DNA of 64,000 bases from IMG/VR virus record IMGVR_UViG_3300036398_004744, positions 2,574 through 66,573 of that record, one strand, 5' to 3'. Below the pieces are notes generated by a model. The model was not told the DNA's origin. It made no database searches and was given only the letters and a program-made list of their open reading frames with translations. Each line of letters starts with the position of its first letter. Position 1 is the stretch's first letter. Shown here one piece after another: positions 38,377 to 46,495 of the stretch. The position numbers and the translations under genes are program-made. The stretch is from a virus.

Positions 38377-39536
38377 GATTTTTTCCCCCTGCTCAGTTGT
38401 GCATAGCGCACTCTGGCGCCGTGCTGGATTAGTCCGGTCTCGTGGAGCCGGTCGACCGCGAGCGACTGCATGCCGCCCTTTTCCCCGGTCTTTGCGTGCT
38501 GGCCGACAAGCTGCTTGATCTTCGTGACCGAGACATCGCATGCCGACAAGAACTCGTCAAACGTGACGCCAAATTCAGACTCCAGGAGCTTCGCCGTGGC
38601 GATCGGATCGACGATCGAGGTGTCGCCAGATTTCTCGACGATCGTGACTCCCTCGGACAGTCGACCCGCGTCGTGAACTGCGAGCACAAAGCGCTTGAAC
38701 TTCTTGAGATAGTCCTCCATGGGCTTCACCCAGCGAAACGCCCTGACGACCTCCTCAGGATCGGCGGTCTCTGGCGACTCAAGACTCGTGAGAGGCACGA
38801 TCTCGTGGCCAAACAGGTCTGCGTCGTTGGCGAGCTTGACCATGTAGCTCTGCCACGCCGAGCAGCTGGCCTGGCGGGCACAGAAGCCGCAGATGTCTGG
38901 ATGCGGACGGAGCATGTCGTTGTCCTGTGTCTCCAGCCACCGATGCCGGCGACGGACGATGGCGCCGACCTGCGACACGATCACCTCGTAGTCCTTCTTG
39001 CGGGTGAAGAGATGCGTGTCGTCGACCTTCAGGGCGGGCTGAATCAGGCGGACTCGGATCTTTTCGATGGTCGGAAACAGGATGAACAGGCCGAGGGCAT
39101 AGGCCCTGAACTGAATGTTCTCTGAGACGTGGTCGACCTCCCAGCGGCCAAACTTAAAGTCGATCAGCTCGACTGAGACCGGCTCATGATCGGCATCGGC
39201 CTCGAGCACGATCACGCGGTCGGCGTGCCCCTTGTCGAAGTCACGGAACTTGAGGGGTCGAAAGTCGAGCTCGACCTCCTTGAGGGGCTCATAGGGTGAC
39301 TGACTCTCGGCGTCGGCGAGCAGGGCGAGTGTCTGTTCTGCGACCTCGCGGTCCTCGTCTGGCAGCGTGGCAGGAATCTTGCCGGTGTCCATGACCTCGT
39401 GTAGCGTGGTTCCGCGAGCGGCTGCCGCAGACGGCGTGTCGTCGGACTCGTAGCCAGGACAGATCTGCAGCGGTTTCAGCCTTGACGGGCTGATCCGCGA
39501 GTGGCCTCGTGACGTGTGATCAACCTGGGAGTTCAT
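38373..39536 (-). CDS. Cas4-like PD-(D/E)XK exonuclease (DUF2800-like)
   Basis: HS.ISPS..CPG, GT.LH, G.AD, IDFKFG, Q..AYALG and CGFC...C motifs. Confidence 0.85.
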   Translation of the reverse strand: MNSQVDHTSRGHSRISPSRLKPLQICPGYESDDTPSAAAARGTTLHEVMDTGKIPATLPDEDREVAEQTLALLADAESQSPYEPLKEVELDFRPLKFRDFDKGHADRVIVLEADADHEPVSVELIDFKFGRWEVDHVSENIQFRAYALGLFILFPTIEKIRVRLIQPALKVDDTHLFTRKKDYEVIVSQVGAIVRRRHRWLETQDNDMLRPHPDICGFCARQASCSAWQSYMVKLANDADLFGHEIVPLTSLESPETADPEEVVRAFRWVKPMEDYLKKFKRFVLAVHDAGRLSEGVTIVEKSGDTSIVDPIATAKLLESEFGVTFDEFLSACDVSVTKIKQLVGQHAKTGEKGGMQSLAVDRLHETGLIQHGARVRYAQLSRGKKS

Positions 39537-39996
39537 GGGAATCGACGAGGCGAGCGATGTAGCTCTTGATGTGGATGAGTGGCATGTGGATCAGTTCGAC
39601 GCCGTATTCGTCAAGGATCTCCATGCCGGCGACGTCGCGCGGATAGGTCAGACCGTAGACGACACGCCTGACACCGTGCGCGATGAGATTGAGGGCGCAG
39701 GGGCCGCACGGGATCGTCGTGCAGGCGACGGTCCTGACGGCGCCGCGGTGAGTCAGACTGCAGAGATTGGATTCCGCGTGCACGACAAACTTGCGGCGCT
39801 GCTCGTTGTTCTGCCACCAGTCGTCGCTGACGTCCCAGCCAGATGGGAGTCCGTTGTAGGCTGTGGCAATGACGCGGTTCTCATGGTCGAGCGCGACGGC
39901 TCCGACCTTGCGACTGGGATCCTCGGAACGGAGCGCGGCGGCGGAGGCAAGAAGCATCGCGTATTCGTCGATGGTGGGTCTAAGATGTGGGCTCAT
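39520..39996 (-). CDS. dCMP deaminase
   Basis: RSED...KVGA, YNG.P.G, VHAESN and PCGPC motifs; start ATG 39996. Confidence 0.9.
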   Translation of the reverse strand: MSPHLRPTIDEYAMLLASAAALRSEDPSRKVGAVALDHENRVIATAYNGLPSGWDVSDDWWQNNEQRRKFVVHAESNLCSLTHRGAVRTVACTTIPCGPCALNLIAHGVRRVVYGLTYPRDVAGMEILDEYGVELIHMPLIHIKSYIARLVDSHELPG

Positions 39997-40006
39997 GACG
40001 GTGTGA

Positions 40007-40034
40007 AGATTATCGTGGCTGGCTGCCAAGTAAA
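40007..40034 (-). promoter_or_regulatory. early promoter, repeat family copy 4
   Basis: TTTACT-16-TAATCT; spacer TGGCAGCCAGCC; 10 nt to ATG. Confidence 0.7.
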
Positions 40035-40063
40035 TGCATATTTTCTGTGCAGAAAACTTTTCA

Positions 40064-40609
40064 TCACTCGCAGGAATAGATCTCGCTCTGCAGGCGAAGC
40101 CGCGGCACTCCCCGAGACGCATCGGTGAAGCTGCGGTCCTCAAAGAGAACGCGGTTCGTCGGCTGAATCGTGAGGCGGTCGTTGTCGAGCCAGATGAACA
40201 TGAATTCCTTCGCCTGGTCGGGCGCGTCGGAAAATCCGTCGCCGATCGGGACTGCCGTGAAGAGATACGTGCCCGGATGATCTTCTCCCTTGATGATGGC
40301 ATCGCACCTGAGGCCACGGAGATAGGTGTATTCGGTCGCGTGCCAGTCGTATCCGTAGCAGTCCCACAGCTCGGCGTCGTCGATCTCCCAGTCGGTCTCG
40401 GGATTCTCGCTGAACGCGATCGCGTGCGGGGGCACCGATCTGTAGACGGCGCCCGACTCGAACACGACGTTGCAGCCCCAGGCACGACCCGGGATCGAGA
40501 CGAGACCGAACCAGACGGCGGGCACGAAGCCGCACGGCTCCTCGTGGGTGAACCTCGAGTCGACCCAGACATACTGGTGACGCGGCAGTGATCCGATCTG
40601 GCAGTTCAT
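40064..40609 (-). CDS. hypothetical phage protein
   Basis: MNCQIGSLPRHQYVW...LWDC...GTYLFT...QPTNR; globular composition. Confidence 0.7.
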   Translation of the reverse strand: MNCQIGSLPRHQYVWVDSRFTHEEPCGFVPAVWFGLVSIPGRAWGCNVVFESGAVYRSVPPHAIAFSENPETDWEIDDAELWDCYGYDWHATEYTYLRGLRCDAIIKGEDHPGTYLFTAVPIGDGFSDAPDQAKEFMFIWLDNDRLTIQPTNRVLFEDRSFTDASRGVPRLRLQSEIYSCE

Positions 40610-40797
40610 GGAGTCTCTGGATGAAGCTGCCACTCTGTCTGCGACGGAGGAACCGGTCTGCTGCACAGTGGACAGAGACTGAGATCAGGCTCTGGACGAT
40701 GGCGAGATCCGAGATGCAGGATCGCGAGCGACACGGCGGCGGCCCAGAACAGGCACAGCGCGGCCAGAACGGCATTGAGACTGAATCCCCGCATCAT
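40606..40797 (-). CDS. small membrane protein with a CxxC motif
   Basis: Hydrophobic N-terminus and CPLC; coupled overlaps. Confidence 0.5.
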   Translation of the reverse strand: MMRGFSLNAVLAALCLFWAAAVSLAILHLGSRHRPEPDLSLCPLCSRPVPPSQTEWQLHPETP

Positions 40798-40994
40798 GAC
40801 ACCATCCTCCGCAGTGCCTGCCTGACCGTGAGGTCACGCAGGTGTTCCATGGCCGCATGGCGTGTCGGAAACACGCGGTCTCCAAGCATCCAGCGTCTCT
40901 CGTGTTCGCAATAGTTGAATCCCGCGGCATGAAGCCTTGGGCACTCACTGGCCCTGTCGAGCCAGCCAACGATTCGATCAATCATTTTTTTCAT
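40794..40994 (-). CDS. small hypothetical protein
   Basis: ATGA overlaps on both sides. Confidence 0.55.
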   Translation of the reverse strand: MKKMIDRIVGWLDRASECPRLHAAGFNYCEHERRWMLGDRVFPTRHAAMEHLRDLTVRQALRRMVS

Positions 40995-42352
40995 ATCATT
41001 CCCTCCATGTTGAGTTCACCGTCTGTCAGCAAGGAAAGATTCTCGAGTCGGCGCTCCACGGCCCTGGCTATCTTCGACTCGATGCCAGTCGACGAGTAGA
41101 CGATGCGCTGGACGACGGGACTCTTTGCGCCAGACCGGACCGCCCGACCAAGGACCTGGATGAGGGTCACGGCCTTGTAGGTCGGAAACACGATCACATG
41201 GCGAGGTCTCGACCCGTGCGTGTCGTGAAGATCGATCGATTCAGACCCGGCATCGACCTGGCAGACCAGGACCCTGACCAGGCCAGACTGGAAATCATGC
41301 ACGGCCGCCTCCTGGTCGCGCCGAGACCTCTTGCCGTCGAGCACCCTGTGGTCAATCGTGCCGAGACGCTCGGAGATGACCTGGATCGTCCTGGTGAACT
41401 GGACAAACACGATGACGGATTCGCCCTCCTCGTGCCGGTCCTCAATCTCCTCGATCAGGGCCGGGACCTTGAAGAGCTCGGCGCGCTGCCGATCTCGGAT
41501 CGCGAGAATGCCGGGACTGGGATTTCCCTCGTGTCGCTCCACGTCGGCCTGCTCGTCGTCGTCGACCAGACTGAGCCAGGGTCCGAGCCAGGACGGCGGG
41601 GAATCTGGAAGATCCCACAGCTCGACCGTGGTCTGGGCCTCGGGGAACTGTCCGGCCTCAAAGAGATCTTTCTTGCGGAGACGGAGTCCCCAGCAGTCGG
41701 GACCGTCAAAGAGAGTCCGGTGGATGTCGCCGAGCACTCGGTCACGGTCTCCCTTGCGAAAGTAGAGGCCTCCGAACGGACTGCGCACGCAGCCGTTCCT
41801 GCGGCACCAGTTCCAGAAGTCGTTGTCGAGACGATGCATGCCGGTGCAGAAGCCGAGGGCTCGCATCTTGAGAGGCGAGTCTGCCGGAGTCGCAGAGAGG
41901 CCGAGCACGAGAACGTTCGGATTTCGCTGCGCCGCGATGACGAGCTCGGCGTTCTGGCTCTTGAGACCTCCGCCGGCGTGGATCTCGTCGATGATGAGGA
42001 TCATCGGATGGGGCATGACAAAATTGAAGGCGCGGACGCGGCCGAGTCGGTTGCGGATCGGGATGAAGTCCTCGTTGCGGCCGCCGCGGGCCTTTTCCCA
42101 GCTCATGACAAACTCTGGCACGATGCCGAATTGCCCGAGGGCGACCTTCCACTTTGTGATGGCGCGGGCGCGGCAGATCACGGCGATCCGCGGAATGTGC
42201 CCGTCCTGGTCTTCGAACTCGAGTGCCGTGGCAATGGCCGTGAAGGTCTTGCCGATGCCGGTGTCAGAGGCATCAAGGGCAAAACCCCTCTCAGAAAGAA
42301 TCTCCGAGAGTCGGCGGGCAGCCTCCTGCTGGTATGGGCGGAACTCGGCCAT
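40991..42352 (-). CDS. superfamily 2 (SNF2-like) helicase
   Basis: RPYQ, DTGIGKT, DEIH, LSATP and Q.LGRAVR motifs; start ATG 42352. Confidence 0.9.
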   Translation of the reverse strand: MAEFRPYQQEAARRLSEILSERGFALDASDTGIGKTFTAIATALEFEDQDGHIPRIAVICRARAITKWKVALGQFGIVPEFVMSWEKARGGRNEDFIPIRNRLGRVRAFNFVMPHPMILIIDEIHAGGGLKSQNAELVIAAQRNPNVLVLGLSATPADSPLKMRALGFCTGMHRLDNDFWNWCRRNGCVRSPFGGLYFRKGDRDRVLGDIHRTLFDGPDCWGLRLRKKDLFEAGQFPEAQTTVELWDLPDSPPSWLGPWLSLVDDDEQADVERHEGNPSPGILAIRDRQRAELFKVPALIEEIEDRHEEGESVIVFVQFTRTIQVISERLGTIDHRVLDGKRSRRDQEAAVHDFQSGLVRVLVCQVDAGSESIDLHDTHGSRPRHVIVFPTYKAVTLIQVLGRAVRSGAKSPVVQRIVYSSTGIESKIARAVERRLENLSLLTDGELNMEGMI

Positions 42353-42354
42353 GG

Positions 42355-42513
42355 TCAGATGTTGCTCCAGTCGTGGCCGCAGCAGCGGTCGGCGTCGTGC
42401 TCGAGACGCTTCTCTTCCTCCCACTCGGCGTCCTCCTCTGGCGTGCGTCGCGGGCGGCTGCCACGGCATGGGATCTCGTCTGGCAGTCTCTGGGTGTCTT
42501 CGGGCGTGCTCAT
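42355..42513 (-). CDS. small acidic hypothetical protein (not in ORF track)
   Basis: MSTPEDTQRLPDEIPCRG...DADRCCGHDWSNI; fills the gap with an overlapping start. Confidence 0.45.
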   Translation of the reverse strand: MSTPEDTQRLPDEIPCRGSRPRRTPEEDAEWEEEKRLEHDADRCCGHDWSNI

Positions 42514-42764
42514 TGTTTCGTGGGATCGAGCATCTCGTGGATGCGGTCGTTGACAAACTCGACGCAGCCGCGGGCGAGCTCGCCCTGCAGCATCGCGCCA
42601 TGCGACAATCCGACCATGAAGGCCAGATGGAGCGCCGAGTCCATGTGGTCAGACATGTCCTCGGTGTGGTGCGCAAACAGCGTGTCACGGTAGCTCTCCC
42701 ACGCCTCGGTCGGACTGAGAGTGAAAGTGCCGATGAACTTGGGATGTGGCTTGGAATCGCTCAT
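42510..42764 (-). CDS. hypothetical protein
   Basis: 84-aa coupled ORF. Confidence 0.6.
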   Translation of the reverse strand: MSDSKPHPKFIGTFTLSPTEAWESYRDTLFAHHTEDMSDHMDSALHLAFMVGLSHGAMLQGELARGCVEFVNDRIHEMLDPTKQ

Positions 42765-43021
42765 GACTGGCTCCGGTTCTGTCGTATCCTGCGGAGAAAG
42801 GCATTGACACTCTTGTGAGTCCTGAAGAACATCGTGTTCTTCTTTGCGTCGGAGTCGCTGAGTCCGAGCCGGTGGACTGCCCAGGCAGGACGTCCGATGT
42901 CCTCCTCGCAGTGGTCACGGTCAAAGAGATAGCCATCCTGATTGATAAACTTTCTGGCAATGTAGCCGGCCTCCTCGTCGATGAGAACCTCGAGGCAGGG
43001 TGTGGTGTCGGTGGTGGTCAT
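42761..43021 (-). CDS. hypothetical protein
   Basis: Start MTTTDTT at 43021 overlaps the upstream stop. Confidence 0.55.
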   Translation of the reverse strand: MTTTDTTPCLEVLIDEEAGYIARKFINQDGYLFDRDHCEEDIGRPAWAVHRLGLSDSDAKKNTMFFRTHKSVNAFLRRIRQNRSQS

Positions 43022-43521
43022 GGCCTGCTGAGGATCGGGATCTCCGAGTTGGGGCTGATGCGCTCGATGCGAGGACGACCGAGCACGCTGCGCGTGTCGC
43101 CGTCTCTGGTCGTGATCTCGCGTGGCTGGCGAGGCAACTCGAGGTCTGCCGAGCAGTCGCTGACGCGGACGACACGAGCGCGGATTCCGTAGTAGTCGAC
43201 CAGGTCTCCCTCGCGGAGCCGCGTGTTGAGTGGCACGACTCGCACGCGGTTCATCTCGAGCAGACTCGGGCGGTCTGACTCGGACGGAGCCGGCGGAGGA
43301 GGCAGCCTGTCGATCAGCGGCACGGTCTTTTTGCAAGAACTGGCTCGCAGGACACCGGTCGCGCCGGCATCGAAGATGCGACGATACATGCGACGTCCTC
43401 TGACCATCACGATCGGCAGGTTATACTTGTCTGACCAGTCGACGTAGGTCGCTGGCGTGAATTCTCCGTTGATCTTGACTGCACACGGAGAGCCTGTGGT
43501 TATTGCGGGTTTTTGACTCAT
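43018..43521 (-). CDS. hypothetical early protein
   Basis: Start MSQKPAIT lies 10 nt after promoter copy 5. Confidence 0.6.
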   Translation of the reverse strand: MSQKPAITTGSPCAVKINGEFTPATYVDWSDKYNLPIVMVRGRRMYRRIFDAGATGVLRASSCKKTVPLIDRLPPPPAPSESDRPSLLEMNRVRVVPLNTRLREGDLVDYYGIRARVVRVSDCSADLELPRQPREITTRDGDTRSVLGRPRIERISPNSEIPILSRP

Positions 43522-43531
43522 GACAGAGAGG

Positions 43532-43560
43532 ATACTACCAAGCTGCCAGCCACATGCGAA
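43532..43560 (-). promoter_or_regulatory. early promoter, repeat family copy 5
   Basis: TTCGCA-17-TAGTAT; spacer element inverted (TGGCTGGCAGC); upstream A-tract; 10 nt to ATG. Confidence 0.7.
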
Positions 43561-43571
43561 TCTTTTTTTTT

Positions 43572-43637
43572 TCAAAAAAATTTTGGCCGGGGAGGGAGGG
43601 ATCGAAGCCCACGACGATCAGAACTCCCTCTCCCGGC
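43572..43637 (-). terminator. long-loop hairpin, possible terminator
   Basis: GCCGGGGAGGGAG (43586-43598) pairs with CTCCCTCTCCCGGC (43624-43637); a T-run follows on the minus strand. Confidence 0.5.
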
Positions 43638-43648
43638 ACGGGTCGGCC

Positions 43649-43897
43649 TCACTTCTTCCTCTTGTCTCTCGGTGACGCGGGGTCCTTTCGCCGGTCCGAG
43701 CTCTTGCGAGTCTTTCCCCAGCGAGCCTCGGCCCCGCGTATTCCTCCGAGTCGACGTCCGGGATGTCCTGCGCCGACCAATCCTCCGATGCGGCCTCGAA
43801 TCGATGCCATCTCGACGACGGTGAATTTTCCCTTCTGCAGAACGGCGCGCAGGCGCGCGACCTCTGCCTCTCGTTCCTTGTCAGTCATGATGGCCAT
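43649..43897 (-). CDS. small basic hypothetical protein
   Basis: AGGAG Shine-Dalgarno; Arg/Lys/Gly-rich. Confidence 0.55.
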   Translation of the reverse strand: MAIMTDKEREAEVARLRAVLQKGKFTVVEMASIRGRIGGLVGAGHPGRRLGGIRGAEARWGKTRKSSDRRKDPASPRDKRKK

Positions 43898-43992
43898 TTG
43901 TTGTTCTCCTTCTCTCTGAATGCGAGCCAGCCGCCGAAGAGCAAAAGTCCTGCCCAGGAAACGACGAGTCCGATCACCGCAAAGACACGCAT
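43885..43992 (-). CDS. 35-aa single-pass membrane peptide (not in ORF track)
   Basis: MRVFAVIGLVVSWAGLLLFGGWLAFREKENNKWPS; starts 1 nt after the upstream stop. Confidence 0.45.
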   Translation of the reverse strand: MRVFAVIGLVVSWAGLLLFGGWLAFREKENNKWPS

Positions 43993-43993
43993 G

Positions 43994-44284
43994 TCAGTCG
44001 TCCTTCATTCCGTCGTCGAACCACGAGACGACGAGAGCATCGATGGTCTCGGAAGAGACGAGGAGCAGCATGTAGTCGCGGATCTGGGTGAACGTGGTGA
44101 GGTCACGCATCTGAGAACGGAGACGGCGCTTGGCCGCCTCGTCCTCGAAGGTGTCGATGAATGTCCGAACGAGACTGCGTGTCCGGTGATTGTAGGGGGA
44201 CTTCATGACTCCGCGATCAACTGGGGGAGCGTCGGGAATCTGGTCGGCCGTCACTGGGCCCTTCTGTGGTTGTGTCTTTTTCAT
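43994..44284 (-). CDS. hypothetical early protein
   Basis: Start MKKTQPQK; an upstream TTTACA -35-like element at 44318-44323. Confidence 0.6.
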   Translation of the reverse strand: MKKTQPQKGPVTADQIPDAPPVDRGVMKSPYNHRTRSLVRTFIDTFEDEAAKRRLRSQMRDLTTFTQIRDYMLLLVSSETIDALVVSWFDDGMKDD

Positions 44285-44334
44285 GACAGGCTGCCATTTA
44301 ATCCGCAACTTCTGCGATGTAAACAAGAAGACTG

Positions 44335-45102
44335 CTAACTTCTGCGATGAATTGCCACGCAGAACTTGTCAGGTTCGGGAAACTCGACTGTCGAGACCGA
44401 GTAGAGATGGCGGTCGTCAGACTCGCGTAGCGCGATGGCCTGGCAGCGTCGCTCAAGCTCCTTGAGTGAAAGGCCGCGCGAGAGCGGGTCAAGAAGCACC
44501 GAGTCGCCGGCGCGAAGAGAGCGCATCTGTCGGTGATTGATTCCAGAGACATGGGATCGGTCGTGCAGGTTCTCAGAAGATCTGGCCCAACTGACGTCAT
44601 CAGACCGGCCCTCGAGAATGCAGTCGATGTCGCGGCAGAAGTCGACGGCGCCGGGAAGCCGAAGGATGTCGGAGCGGTCAGAATCCCACTGTCCCCGATT
44701 CTCCCTGATGAGCTCAAGAAGTCCTCGAAGCGGGACCTGTCCGATCATCGCGAGGATGAACGGAACGATGAATCGGTCGTGCGAATCCTCTATCGCCGGG
44801 CAGTCGCGTTCGGAGGCGGCGCGGAGAGCCAGGACTCGCTCGTCCTGCTGTCTGATCCAGGAGACTCCGAACATGGCGGCCATGGTGGCCTGCCAGTTGA
44901 GCCGGGCAGACGACCAGAACTGTCGAAGCCAGCGACGGGCCGTGTCGTGGACGAGCGAATCGGGAGTGCTGGTGAAGAAAAGGAGGACCATGTAGGCCAT
45001 GGCGCGTGAGGGACGGGCTCGTCGCCAGACGTGGCTGGAGTTGCGGAGAGTGCGGCCGGTCATGGGGAAGTGGACGGTGATGTGGTCAGATGGAGTCTTC
45101 AT
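44335..45102 (-). CDS. hypothetical protein, weak helix-hairpin-helix glycosylase-like signature
   Basis: First gene of the minus arm; helical, with ILRLPGA resembling an HhH motif. Confidence 0.5.
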   Translation of the reverse strand: MKTPSDHITVHFPMTGRTLRNSSHVWRRARPSRAMAYMVLLFFTSTPDSLVHDTARRWLRQFWSSARLNWQATMAAMFGVSWIRQQDERVLALRAASERDCPAIEDSHDRFIVPFILAMIGQVPLRGLLELIRENRGQWDSDRSDILRLPGAVDFCRDIDCILEGRSDDVSWARSSENLHDRSHVSGINHRQMRSLRAGDSVLLDPLSRGLSLKELERRCQAIALRESDDRHLYSVSTVEFPEPDKFCVAIHRRS

Positions 45103-45189
45103 GGTGTCAGAGAAGCATCATAGCGCGGAATGGCAGGTGCCAGAACTGTTTTTTCACACGACTGCCCATGGCACAGAAAAGAGTTGTTG

Positions 45190-45430
45190 ACCACAAATGA
45201 CTTATGGCAAAATGATCCGGTAATCGAACAAAATGGGAAAAGCTATAACGGGGCAATTTTTTAGGCATGCAAAAAAAGTGGTTGAAATCTAAAAAAACAG
45301 AAAAGCATTCAAATACCTATTAACTTCTTTCTAATATATTCTATATTAACTACTTATCTTTGTGACTTAATGATATTTGAGTAATTCTAGATCTTCCACT
45401 TAGTCTTGTCCTGTATTCTGAACTACTTAT
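45190..45430. other. AT-rich intergenic region between the divergent arms
   Basis: Sharp drop in GC, A-tracts and TA-rich sequence; no credible ORF. Confidence 0.7.
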
Positions 45431-45496
45431 GCCCGAGATTGTCTCCAAAGAAACTCCAGGTGTGCCTCGATGGCATTCTGATGTAGCATCCGAGCC

Positions 45497-45979
45497 ATGA
45501 AACACGTGATCGGGGTAGATCCGGGCAGGCACGGGGCAATCGCAGTCCTCGATCCAGAGTCGATGGCAATCGTGAGTCTGCACCAGATGCCCGAGACAGA
45601 CCGGGAGGTGGTAGAGCTTGTTCGAGAAAAAATGAACAAGGCATCCCATCTCTTCATCGAGCAGATCCCGAAGTTTGCGGGCGAGAACCGGTCTGCTGCC
45701 TTCATGGCAGTGCTCTATGGAAACTACAAGCTGGTGTGCGGGGCGGCTCTCATGCACGGCGGGTCTGAGCTGGTCGAGCTCTCGCTTCTGAAGTGGATGA
45801 ATCTGACTGTCGAACAGTCACGGAGAGAGCGTGAGCGTTCTGCGAGGAAGCGGCAACTTCTGGATGCCGCGAAGAAGATCTGGCCCAGGACCCGACTGAC
45901 CCTGCAGACCTGCGACGCCCCGCTCATCGCGAGGGCCGGGATTCTTCTCAGCAGAGATGCGTTTACTTCGAAGGAGTGA
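45497..45979 (+). CDS. RuvC-like Holliday junction resolvase
   Basis: IGVDPG..GAIA, FIEQ, W and DA.LIA motifs. Confidence 0.8.
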   Translation: MKHVIGVDPGRHGAIAVLDPESMAIVSLHQMPETDREVVELVREKMNKASHLFIEQIPKFAGENRSAAFMAVLYGNYKLVCGAALMHGGSELVELSLLKWMNLTVEQSRRERERSARKRQLLDAAKKIWPRTRLTLQTCDAPLIARAGILLSRDAFTSKE

Positions 45980-45997
45980 CACGGCCATCTTCTGACC

Positions 45998-46495
45998 ATG
46001 GCGAGCAGAGCAGCAAGACGACTCACCCCGCAGCAGCGTGAATTCATTGAGCTTCACGTGCTCGACGGGCTCCCGATGTATCGGGCCTATCTCCTCGCCT
46101 TCGATGACGTCATCGCGGCCAAATACAACGGGAAGATCACGGCGGGTTCTGCCTGTCGGGCCGGCGGAATCATTCTCCAGAAGGAACATGCCAAGACCTA
46201 CGTCGAGGAACTCAAGGCCCGCGTGGCCGAGCGCGCCCAGCAGAAACGCTTCCTGAGTCTCGATGAAAAGCGCGAATTTCTTGCCAGGCTCGTTCGAACT
46301 CCGATCGGAGACATCGACGAGGAGTCCGAGCTGGCCGAGGAGGTGCGCACCTCCACTGACGGCACGACGTCGGTAAAGGTTCCCTCCAAGCTCAAGGCGC
46401 TCGAGCTCGACGCCCGCATCATGGGAGAATTCAAGGATTCGGTCAGACTCGACGTGTCTGAGAAGGTGCTCAATCTCGCAGAGAGCTTCGCATGA
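45998..46495 (+). CDS. terS: terminase small subunit
   Basis: LTPQQREF...AY..A and K.KALEL motifs; directly upstream of TerL. Confidence 0.8.
   Translation: MASRAARRLTPQQREFIELHVLDGLPMYRAYLLAFDDVIAAKYNGKITAGSACRAGGIILQKEHAKTYVEELKARVAERAQQKRFLSLDEKREFLARLVRTPIGDIDEESELAEEVRTSTDGTTSVKVPSKLKALELDARIMGEFKDSVRLDVSEKVLNLAESFA

Noticed and set aside
38373-39536. CRISPR-Cas system suggested by the Cas4-like nuclease
   Set aside because: No repeat-spacer array or other cas genes; standalone Cas4-like nucleases are common in phage replication modules.
43584-43637. Intact tRNA gene or attP site
   Set aside because: Too short, lacks D and anticodon arms, has a non-canonical T-arm, and no integrase was seen.
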